Virus record (IMG/VR): IMGVR_UViG_3300021964_000018 | Span: 1-64,000 of that record | DNA length: 64,000 nt | Source of the DNA: a virus | Direction: 5' to 3' (one strand) | Shown: positions 20,640-28,153 of the stretch, piece after piece | How the letters are laid out: the number at the start of each line of letters is the position of its first letter | Position numbering within the stretch: the stretch's first letter is position 1 | The notes under the pieces: generated by a model | What the model was told of the DNA's origin: nothing | Databases searched by the model: none | The model's input: the letters and a program-made list of their open reading frames with translations, nothing else | Translations under genes and position numbers: made by a program

Positions 20640-20640
20640 A

Positions 20641-20669
20641 TTATACACTTATTAAAAATTTTGTATGAT
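20641..20669 (+). promoter_or_regulatory. Possible sigma70-like promoter
   Basis: TTATAC-17 nt-TATGAT. Confidence 0.35.
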
Positions 20670-20721
20670 TATTTTGTATCATTTAGATACATTCACACAC
20701 AATACACACACGGAGAATATC

Positions 20722-20913
20722 ATGGCTAGTAATCCATATGAACTGCGCCAAGGTCTTTTAGGCCAAGCCCAACAAATTTTAGTAGAAGCATACCATAGTG
20801 AAGTGCAACGATGTCGAGATCAAGGTGTTGCTGCTCATAATGTAAAATTTCCTTCAACAGAAGATATTATTGCTGAAGCTGAAAAACTTTATGCTTTTGT
20901 TCAGAAAAAATAA
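20722..20913 (+). CDS. Small conserved T4-like phage protein (PYELR...FPSTEDIIAEAEKLYAFV)
   Basis: GGAG RBS before ATG 20722, preceded by a CA-repeat leader; a better start than 20665. Confidence 0.65.
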   Translation: MASNPYELRQGLLGQAQQILVEAYHSEVQRCRDQGVAAHNVKFPSTEDIIAEAEKLYAFVQKK

Positions 20914-20935
20914 GAATAAATAAAGTTTATTAAAG

Positions 20936-20974
20936 CATACTTATTTTTAACAAGTTAAGTTAGGAGTAAGTATG
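20936..20974 (+). promoter_or_regulatory. RBS/start-codon-sequestering hairpin containing late-promoter motif ATACTTA
   Basis: CATACTTATTTTTAAC pairs with GTTAGGAGTAAGTATG over 16 bp (three G-U pairs), 7-nt loop. Confidence 0.7.
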
Positions 20975-21571
20975 TTTTTTTTATTATTTTTGTTAAGTTT
21001 TTTGTCAATTGCAGGTGAACCCAAACCTGATATGTCGATTACAATAACTGCAGTCAAAGGCATCACAATATTTATTGACAAGCCAGTAGTAATAGGTGGT
21101 GGTAAAACATATCAGTCTTCAGAGATTGAATCTTTAATTACAGGTTTTGCAACTATTCATAAAGCAACATTTGTTAAAGACCCAAGAATGATTAATAGCA
21201 TTTATAATGCATCATCAGCAACGTTTGTTAATGAAGATTGCAATTGGTTATCAAGGGCTGTGAAATGCGCAACTTCAGAATACATGTATGTGCTAAAAAC
21301 ACAGGTAGTTATTAATCCTGTTAGAGCATATGTTACGATTACGCTGCATGATCATGAAATGAATGCTGTTTCATCAGCTACAGTATCTAATAAACACCAA
21401 AGAAGTGTAATACAGTTAACAAAACAGAAACAATCACAAGGTCTTTTAGGTAATACAACAACTACAACCGAGGAACAAATGCCTGAAATATTTAGTATTG
21501 AACCTTATCTTTATGAAAAAGATTTTCGCCAGGCTGTTATTTTAATGTATAGTTCATTTCGATTAGAATAA
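20972..21571 (+). CDS. Exported/membrane protein with signal-peptide-like N-terminus
   Basis: Hydrophobic N-terminus MFFLLFLLSFLSIA-GE. Confidence 0.6.
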   Translation: MFFLLFLLSFLSIAGEPKPDMSITITAVKGITIFIDKPVVIGGGKTYQSSEIESLITGFATIHKATFVKDPRMINSIYNASSATFVNEDCNWLSRAVKCATSEYMYVLKTQVVINPVRAYVTITLHDHEMNAVSSATVSNKHQRSVIQLTKQKQSQGLLGNTTTTTEEQMPEIFSIEPYLYEKDFRQAVILMYSSFRLE

Positions 21572-21604
21572 TTAATATTGTCCAAATTTTTAAAAGGAGA
21601 AAAA

Positions 21605-22051
21605 ATGAAATTAAATAGGAATTCACTAAGAAAAATGATTTTAAACGAAATTAGGAACTTACAAGAAGGTAGGTATACTAGCTCTGGACCTAATCTTAGC
21701 CAACTTTTTGGCCATCTGTGGGGCAGAAGATTCGATTGGAATTTTGTTACAAATGCTTCAATCCAAAGTGCTATGAAAATGTCCGGGATGGATGCTATGA
21801 CATTTTTTGAAACTGTTAAAGCTGTTGGTCATGAATGGCAATTGAAAAAAGTTGCTGAAGCATTATCAGAAGTTGATACAAACTTTTATGATTATGCAAA
21901 AAGAGAATTAGGAACACAACTTTTCCATGATACGCCAGGAAGCAAGATAAGATTACCAAAACTTACAAAAAGCACATCACCCTTAGCAGATGATGAATTT
22001 GACTTTGATGACGACGATGATGATGTTTATCCAGGTCCTTTAGTACCTTAG
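21605..22051 (+). CDS. Hypothetical protein with shared leader and acidic tail
   Basis: AAGGAG RBS; MKLNRNSLRKMILNEIRNLQE/G. Confidence 0.6.
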   Translation: MKLNRNSLRKMILNEIRNLQEGRYTSSGPNLSQLFGHLWGRRFDWNFVTNASIQSAMKMSGMDAMTFFETVKAVGHEWQLKKVAEALSEVDTNFYDYAKRELGTQLFHDTPGSKIRLPKLTKSTSPLADDEFDFDDDDDDVYPGPLVP

Positions 22052-22386
22052 GAAAAATCACGCCATGCATGTGGTTTTCTTGTTTTAAGATAACCTAAAT
22101 TTTTTTGATGCGTATATGCTTCTTTCTCAAATGGAATGGCATAATACGCATCAGCTCCGTTCAAACCTTTAAATCTTGCTTTAAGCCAATACCATATATA
22201 AAGAAGGTAAAAACCAACCACCCAGAGTTCTCTCTGTTGAACGAGGTGAATCTTTTCGTGGTTATATATAGTAATATCAAGCTGTTCTTTTGCAATAATA
22301 AACGGGTATAACGTAATCGCATAAACATCAATAAAAAGGCTCATTGCTTTGCAAAAACGTGGGCTAATAATTACTTTAGGTTTCAT
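22048..22386 (-). CDS. Small HExxH putative zinc metallopeptidase-like membrane protein
   Basis: NHEKIH, hydrophobic helix, FEKEAY; AGGAG RBS on the minus strand. Confidence 0.6.
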   Translation of the reverse strand: MKPKVIISPRFCKAMSLFIDVYAITLYPFIIAKEQLDITIYNHEKIHLVQQRELWVVGFYLLYIWYWLKARFKGLNGADAYYAIPFEKEAYTHQKNLGYLKTRKPHAWRDFS

Positions 22387-23315
22387 TACATTCTCCTTTT
22401 ATATGGGTATTTAGGTCTAAGTGTATCAACCGCAAATCGACCACCCCTATTTGGGTCTTGAAGATATTGCAATGTTTTATAAAGGACTTCCATTGTCATT
22501 CCAATATCAGCAGTTGCTTCATGCCATGACTCATTATCAATTTCAAATGCTGTCGCCATCATACCAAGCCGGCTAGCAAGATAAGGTTTCCCTTTATAAG
22601 ATAGTGCCGTAATGCTGTCAATGATGTGTTTATCTTCAGCATTCATTTCAGCTTCATTTTTTTGTACATATTGCAGTACAGCTTTTAGATAATTATCAAT
22701 AATTGCAATTGAATCCATCACAGCAATATCTGGTGCGTTTAAACCACCTCTTTGATAAAAAAGATTTGTCATTTTTGCATCAAATGGAGAATTGTGGGCC
22801 CAAAAGACCAGCTTACCTGTTGGGCTGGCAGTTTTTTGTGCTTGTATATATTGATTAAACATTTCAGCACCATCTGCTTGATTAACGCGCGGTACATCTT
22901 CTCCGCCATAATAATCATTCATGTCTAAAAGACCTGGAATCGAGTATTTAGGATCGCCTTTATAAGTTCCTGCGTCTAGCTGTGCTTGTTGATTTTTTAT
23001 TTCAGCTTCTGTGTCTGGTGTTAAGACTATTTTAACATTGAACATTCCGTCGTTTACAGGAGAAGGTATTTGGTCGAGATTATTTGTTTTGTATGCTATG
23101 GCTGCCAGTTGAGTTATTTGAACAAAATTTGGAACTGATCCGTCTTTATTTGGTAGACCTGTTGTTTCTGTGTCGAAGAAAACCCAGTTATGTTGTGCAA
23201 GTTCTTTAAGCTTTTTAATCATTTCAGAGAACTGAGGAGGATAAAAACTAGGATCGACTGATCTTTCGTTTAGGAATTTGCGCCATTCTGTCAAGATTTG
23301 TTTCATGTTATTCAT
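22386..23315 (-). CDS. DEDDh (DnaQ-like) 3'-5' exonuclease with N-terminal leader
   Basis: ExoI FFDTETTG, ExoII AHNSPFD, ExoIII WHEATAD; leader MKQILTEWRKFLNE. Confidence 0.85.
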   Translation of the reverse strand: MNNMKQILTEWRKFLNERSVDPSFYPPQFSEMIKKLKELAQHNWVFFDTETTGLPNKDGSVPNFVQITQLAAIAYKTNNLDQIPSPVNDGMFNVKIVLTPDTEAEIKNQQAQLDAGTYKGDPKYSIPGLLDMNDYYGGEDVPRVNQADGAEMFNQYIQAQKTASPTGKLVFWAHNSPFDAKMTNLFYQRGGLNAPDIAVMDSIAIIDNYLKAVLQYVQKNEAEMNAEDKHIIDSITALSYKGKPYLASRLGMMATAFEIDNESWHEATADIGMTMEVLYKTLQYLQDPNRGGRFAVDTLRPKYPYKRRM

Positions 23316-23346
23316 ATACTCTCCTTTATAACTTTCTTTATTTATG

Positions 23347-23358
23347 ATATAATTATAT
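23347..23358. promoter_or_regulatory. Palindromic (bidirectional) late-promoter-like motif between divergent genes
   Basis: ATATAATTATAT reads ATAATTA on both strands. Confidence 0.45.
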
Positions 23359-23392
23359 TTATTAACGGCTATTTTAACATAAGGAGAATATT

Positions 23393-23611
23393 ATGCCTAC
23401 AAAAAAAGAAGAAGCAGCACACGATTGTAAAAAAGATTGTGAATTATTGCATAAAGAAATCGCAGCATTGAAAAAAGAAGTCGCAGCACTTAAAGCAGAA
23501 CTTAAAAAAGCACCAAAAGGTGGTGGTGGAGCAGATCCAAGAGTTGACAAATTAATAGAAGCATTAAAAGACAATCCTAAATTTTTTCTTTCAAAAGTAT
23601 TTTTAAGTTAA
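23393..23611 (+). CDS. Small coiled-coil protein
   Basis: AAGGAG RBS; heptad repeats EIAALKKEVAALKAEL. Confidence 0.6.
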   Translation: MPTKKEEAAHDCKKDCELLHKEIAALKKEVAALKAELKKAPKGGGGADPRVDKLIEALKDNPKFFLSKVFLS

Positions 23612-23626
23612 TAATTAATATTAGGC

Positions 23627-23675
23627 CCAACACACAGCATAAAGCTGATATCGCCAGCGTGTTGGAATCTTGCGA
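23627..23675 (+). ncRNA. Candidate structured 5' leader RNA
   Basis: CCAACAC/GTGTTGG stem enclosing alternative CAGC/GCTG/CAGC pairings; possible TCGC/GCGA pseudoknot; GC-rich island in AT-rich DNA. Confidence 0.4.
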
Positions 23676-23704
23676 ACACATAATCTCATTTTAAGGAGGA
23701 AATT

Positions 23705-24172
23705 ATGCCAACAATTATAGTAGATAATAAAAAAGGTCTATTTCAAAAAGCAGCTACCACAGCAAATCCAGCAGGAACATTAGCAGGTCATAAATCAGTT
23801 GTTAAAACTGTTAACGGTGGCTTAGCTAATCAAACATTGTCTCAAGAAGACAGTGGAAAAATCTTTCTTGTCGGAGGAGACGCAGGACCTATTACATTTC
23901 CAGTAGGCGAAGCCGGATGGGAAGGAACTTTTGTTGCAACAGGATCATTTCATGCAGCATTGGTAATATCAGGAGCAGCAGCTGCTACAACATCTGGTGT
24001 TACAGTCGTAGGACAAGAATTAGGTGCAGATGCAAGTACTGATGCCATTGCAATTACTGCAGGTGTTGGTGCAACTTTTGGAACATCAGCTGTAACTGCA
24101 GGTGACACATTAAAGGTAAAAGTTTTAAAAGCTAATTCTTTAATTTTAATGGAATCAAGAACTGCAACTTAA
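23705..24172 (+). CDS. Putative capsid decoration/structural protein
   Basis: Strong AAGGAGG RBS, its own late motif and terminator; Ala/Gly/Thr-rich; TLSQEDSGKIFLV motif. Confidence 0.5.
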   Translation: MPTIIVDNKKGLFQKAATTANPAGTLAGHKSVVKTVNGGLANQTLSQEDSGKIFLVGGDAGPITFPVGEAGWEGTFVATGSFHAALVISGAAAATTSGVTVVGQELGADASTDAIAITAGVGATFGTSAVTAGDTLKVKVLKANSLILMESRTAT

Positions 24173-24195
24173 TCGGCTTGAAATGACTTGAAATT

Positions 24196-24223
24196 AAGGC
24201 ATCCATCTCGGGTGTCTTTTTTT
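24196..24223 (+). terminator. Rho-independent terminator
   Basis: AAGGCATCC-ATCTC-GGGTGTCTT followed by a T run. Confidence 0.8.
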
Positions 24224-24313
24224 ATGTTTGCAAGAAGCTACTGCTTAGTTTATGTGATACTTTAAGGCATTAGGTGATAATTATTAAGGACATATATTTT
24301 GGAGGTTACAGAG

Positions 24314-24655
24314 ATGTCTCAGTTAAACAGAAAGCAGTTAAAAAGAATGCTCTTAAAAGAATTTAAAATGATGGGAATGGCACCTATGGGTGCAGCAATG
24401 ATAGGACATTCTCCATATCAAAACCCGCATGGGTGTGATGCATGTGGCAAGTCTCCTTGTGAGTGTGATGAATACGAAGATCATGGTGATCATAGCATGC
24501 AATCATCACATGTTGATTATGTAGGTGGTCATAAAGGACAAGTTTCAAAAGAAGATTGCTGCAAGGCTGTTCTTTGCCTCATTGAATGTTGTGATTGTCC
24601 GGAAACTAAGGCATTGATTCGAGAATGCTGTGAAGATATTCTTTCTCGTTGTTAA
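24314..24655 (+). CDS. Cys/His-rich (metallothionein-like) protein with shared leader
   Basis: GGAGG RBS before ATG 24314; MSQLNRKQLKRMLLKE; CDACGKSPCEC, CCKAVLCLIECCDC, CCEDILSRC. Confidence 0.6.
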   Translation: MSQLNRKQLKRMLLKEFKMMGMAPMGAAMIGHSPYQNPHGCDACGKSPCECDEYEDHGDHSMQSSHVDYVGGHKGQVSKEDCCKAVLCLIECCDCPETKALIRECCEDILSRC

Positions 24656-24663
24656 TTTTATAA

Positions 24664-25887
24664 ATGGAATTAACCGAGGCACAACTTCGTTTTTTAATTC
24701 GTGAGGTTATACGCAAAGTAAAGGGTGGGTGGAAAGTTTACCCTAAAAAACCTCGCAAGGGAGAGAAGCGTCGTCGTGCTTTGTCAAAAAAACCTTTAAG
24801 TTATAAACGTGCATTGGCACAACTTCGTGCAATTGAAAGAGGAAAAAGTTTAAAGGAAGGTCGTGAACATACAATAGTATCCGGCGATTATCTTGGTAAG
24901 ATAGCGAAAAAATATGGCGTAACAACTAGTCAGATTCAAAAAGCAAATCCTGATTTAAATCCTAATTCATTACAGCTAGGTCAAAAAATAATAATTCCTG
25001 ATGCTTTAAAGCGATTAAATAAAGATTTAAAACCTAGTAAAAAATTAATTGACTGGATGAAATACGAAGAAGGAAAAGTTAATAGATTAGGAGTGGCCAC
25101 GGGAGAACCTTATCTTGAATCTTATGATGACGGTGTAGGAAACTTGACAATAGGTTACGGTCGCAATCAAAAAAGTCAAAGAAAACAAACAATAGATACG
25201 GGTTATGCAGAAAATTTACTTAAATCTGATTTGAGCGATGCTGCTTCCTTATTGCAACAGTCAACTAAAGATTCTGTTAGCGAAAAAATAACAATTCCTT
25301 TTAAGTTAGATCAAAATCAATTTGATGCATTAACTAGTATAATTTTTAATGCAGGTAGAGGCGGATATATTAAGACGGGTTTACATCAAAAATTTATTAG
25401 TAAAGGAATAACATCAGGCAGTGAGTTTGAAAAAGCCTTTTTAGAAGCTAGAACTAGTAAAAAACTAGGTGGTTTAAAAGGAAGAAGAAAAAGAGAATTA
25501 GAAATATTTAAAAACAATAATTATCTTAACAAAAAAGATGATGAAAAAAGTGTTTTAAAAGAAGGTGATCCAAAAGTAGGAACAGGTAAAAAACCAAAAG
25601 GATCAGGTCGAAGGTTGTATACAGACGAAAATCCTAAAGATACAGTTCCAGTAAAGTTTAGAACGGCTTCAGATATTAGAAAGACATTTTCGCAAAAAAG
25701 TTTTAAATCAAAATCACATAATAGGCAGTCTCAAATAATTAATTTGGTGCATCAAAGGGTTCGAGCAGCATATCAAAATGCTAAAGATCCGGATACAAAA
25801 AAGAGATTGAAAAAAGCATATGATTATGCAAAAAAACGAAAAGCAGCTAGCAAAAAGAAAACTCAAAGAATGAGAAAGAAAAAATGA
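24664..25887 (+). CDS. Multidomain protein: leader + small basic domain + LysM + GH24 lysozyme + basic C-terminal domain
   Basis: LysM HTIVSGDYLGKIAKKYGVT...ANPDLNPNSLQLGQKIIIP; lysozyme YEEG...DDGVGNLTIGYG...NQFDALTSIIFNAG...RRKRE. Confidence 0.85.
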   Translation: MELTEAQLRFLIREVIRKVKGGWKVYPKKPRKGEKRRRALSKKPLSYKRALAQLRAIERGKSLKEGREHTIVSGDYLGKIAKKYGVTTSQIQKANPDLNPNSLQLGQKIIIPDALKRLNKDLKPSKKLIDWMKYEEGKVNRLGVATGEPYLESYDDGVGNLTIGYGRNQKSQRKQTIDTGYAENLLKSDLSDAASLLQQSTKDSVSEKITIPFKLDQNQFDALTSIIFNAGRGGYIKTGLHQKFISKGITSGSEFEKAFLEARTSKKLGGLKGRRKRELEIFKNNNYLNKKDDEKSVLKEGDPKVGTGKKPKGSGRRLYTDENPKDTVPVKFRTASDIRKTFSQKSFKSKSHNRQSQIINLVHQRVRAAYQNAKDPDTKKRLKKAYDYAKKRKAASKKKTQRMRKKK

Positions 25888-27017
25888 AAATTACAAAAAA
25901 ACAATTAAATTTACTTGCTGAGTCTGTTATTCTTGACTCAAAAAAAGAAGATACGATAGAAGATCTGGTTGAAAAAAGATTATCAATACAAGAAAAAAGA
26001 ATCCAGTTGTTAAAAGAAGGATATAATCTAGAATTGATAAAAGAGTTTAACGTTCAAGTGTCCGGTCCTAGAATCGAAACAGATGATATAACAGTTGAAG
26101 CTGGCAATGTGTCGATAGAGACAAATTTTGGAAAATGGGCAACTTACCTAGGCATAACAAAAGCAGTTTGTGCAACTGCAGTTCATATTGCATTGATATC
26201 TGCAGGCTGGGAAGGCGTATTAGCAATATTAATACCTGTTGCAATTCCTGTTTTAACTAGCCCAGTTATTATGGGTTCAATTGCATTGTTTTTATCTCGT
26301 TATTCGTTTTTTAGAAAAATAGCAGGATTTTTATTTAAAATGCTAATAGGAAAAAAGAATTATCAAAGAATTAACAATATGATAGATAACATAACTAATA
26401 TTATGATGAGTTCAACTGATAATGCAATTGAAAAGAAAGATGCATTAACTTTGTTTGTACAATCAGCCGGTTATGTTTTAGGACAACCAGAATTTAGAAA
26501 AAAATTAAAAGAATTGGCATATGCTTACATGTCAAGAAATAAAGAAAAAGTTAAACAAATCATGTCTGAATTAGATGTGATGGTTAGAAGTTTTGCACCA
26601 AGCCAATCTTCTTTAACTTTAGATGTTAAAGAAGACGAATTAACATTACCAGATAATTCACCTAAGCATGATGATATTGAAAATTTAGAAGCTGAATTAG
26701 ATAAGTCTGAACTAATACAAGAAAAAAGAAAGAGTAAAAAGAAAAAGGTTGATTATAAAAAATCCTATAAGAAATATCATAGTTCAAAAAAAGCTAAGCG
26801 AGAACGTGCACAAAGAAACGCAGCTGGACGAAAGATTAAAAATGAATTAGGGATAGAAATACCAAAGGGATATGAAATTGATCATAAAACAGCTATAGCG
26901 CACGGCGGATCTAACGATTTATCAAACTTAAGAATTATTCCTCGCAGCAAAAATAGGGCATTAGGCCAAAAAATAACAACTCGAAAAAGAAAAAAGAACG
27001 GGAGCTATAAAAAGTGA
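25884..27017 (+). CDS. Leader-bearing protein with hydrophobic segments and C-terminal HNH nuclease domain
   Basis: MKITKKQLNLLAE; central TM-like stretch; YEIDHKTAIAHGGSNDLSNLRIIPRSKN. Confidence 0.7.
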   Translation: MKITKKQLNLLAESVILDSKKEDTIEDLVEKRLSIQEKRIQLLKEGYNLELIKEFNVQVSGPRIETDDITVEAGNVSIETNFGKWATYLGITKAVCATAVHIALISAGWEGVLAILIPVAIPVLTSPVIMGSIALFLSRYSFFRKIAGFLFKMLIGKKNYQRINNMIDNITNIMMSSTDNAIEKKDALTLFVQSAGYVLGQPEFRKKLKELAYAYMSRNKEKVKQIMSELDVMVRSFAPSQSSLTLDVKEDELTLPDNSPKHDDIENLEAELDKSELIQEKRKSKKKKVDYKKSYKKYHSSKKAKRERAQRNAAGRKIKNELGIEIPKGYEIDHKTAIAHGGSNDLSNLRIIPRSKNRALGQKITTRKRKKNGSYKK

Positions 27018-28153
27018 AATTATCTATAAGTAAATTAAGGCAATTAATTCGAGAAAGTTTGGAAAAAAGAATCGCTTTTGCTAACGATATGATTAAATTA
27101 GGATTAACTCCGGAAGAAGCAGAAAAAAAAGGTGTTTTTAACATAAATCAGTTCGGAATGCCAGGGAAAAAAGAATTATCACCTTCAGGAAAATCTTTAT
27201 TTGATGATAAAAAAGCAATATATGCAACTAAAGATGTTGAAAAAGAAACAACTTATATGGGAAAACCTTATAAATACATTGAATCTGAAGAAGCGTTATT
27301 TATGGGTGCGATGGAAGCAATTAGAGCTGCGACTAAAAGAGGTAAAATGATGAAGCAGCTTTTTAGAAAATATGTTGATCCCAACTTTATGAATCAATTA
27401 ATTTTAATTCATTATGCTTCACCTGACCAGGTTTTAAAAAATATTAAGGCACAAAAAGGTAATTATGAATTAAGTTCTGTTGCATTAGCCCCTGAAGATT
27501 TTACCAAAAATAAAATCCAAGTGTTAAAAACAGCAATGATTTTAGATGGACATATAACTTATTTTGCAAACAATCAAGATGACGTATATTCTGGAAAAGG
27601 TTCTGACTATGTTCAGGCATTTTCTTCTCAAAAGGGATATGAACCATGGATCGAAGGTAATCCTGATCTGCTAGACTGGGAAGATGAAGTGATAGAACGT
27701 GGAAGAGCTGAAAGGCCCTACGCAGGAACAGATAGAACTAAATCATCGGGTGTTAATAAAACAGTTGTTAATATTAGAGGTGTAGAGAGATTTAAATCTC
27801 CTGCAATGTCCAGGTCAAATTATTTGCAAGATCCGGGTTTCGAACATTTTAAACAAGCTCCTGATGCACCTCGAGGTGTACCTCAAACTTCACGTGGCGA
27901 ACCACCTGTTGTTTTAGACAAAGAAGACTATTTGCCTAGATTTGATCAAGCAGCCGGCTCAGATTCAGCAATACCTGGAAATGAAGCGTTAGTTGATAAT
28001 TGGTCTGTGAAAGCAATTATTTTAAATCATGGTAAAGAAAACGAAAAATATGAAAAAATGTTTCGTGATGCAGGATATCAAGGACAGATAATGACATTTG
28101 ACGAAGCAGTTGCACAAAAATCATTATTAATAAATAAAGGACATAAAAGATGA
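27014..28153 (+). CDS. Hypothetical protein with shared leader
   Basis: GTG start overlapping the upstream stop; MKLSISKLRQLIRE. Confidence 0.6.
   Translation: MKLSISKLRQLIRESLEKRIAFANDMIKLGLTPEEAEKKGVFNINQFGMPGKKELSPSGKSLFDDKKAIYATKDVEKETTYMGKPYKYIESEEALFMGAMEAIRAATKRGKMMKQLFRKYVDPNFMNQLILIHYASPDQVLKNIKAQKGNYELSSVALAPEDFTKNKIQVLKTAMILDGHITYFANNQDDVYSGKGSDYVQAFSSQKGYEPWIEGNPDLLDWEDEVIERGRAERPYAGTDRTKSSGVNKTVVNIRGVERFKSPAMSRSNYLQDPGFEHFKQAPDAPRGVPQTSRGEPPVVLDKEDYLPRFDQAAGSDSAIPGNEALVDNWSVKAIILNHGKENEKYEKMFRDAGYQGQIMTFDEAVAQKSLLINKGHKR

Noticed and set aside
23320-23389. TCTCCTT...AAGGAGA long-range pairing as a regulatory hairpin
   Set aside because: It is explained by the two Shine-Dalgarno sequences of the divergent genes.
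23644-23680. Hammerhead ribozyme in the 23627 structure
   Set aside because: CTGATAT lacks the CUGANGA core and there is no GAAA core segment.
26860-26960. HNH domain as a mobile homing endonuclease
   Set aside because: It is the C-terminal part of a leader-bearing multidomain protein and interrupts no conserved gene.
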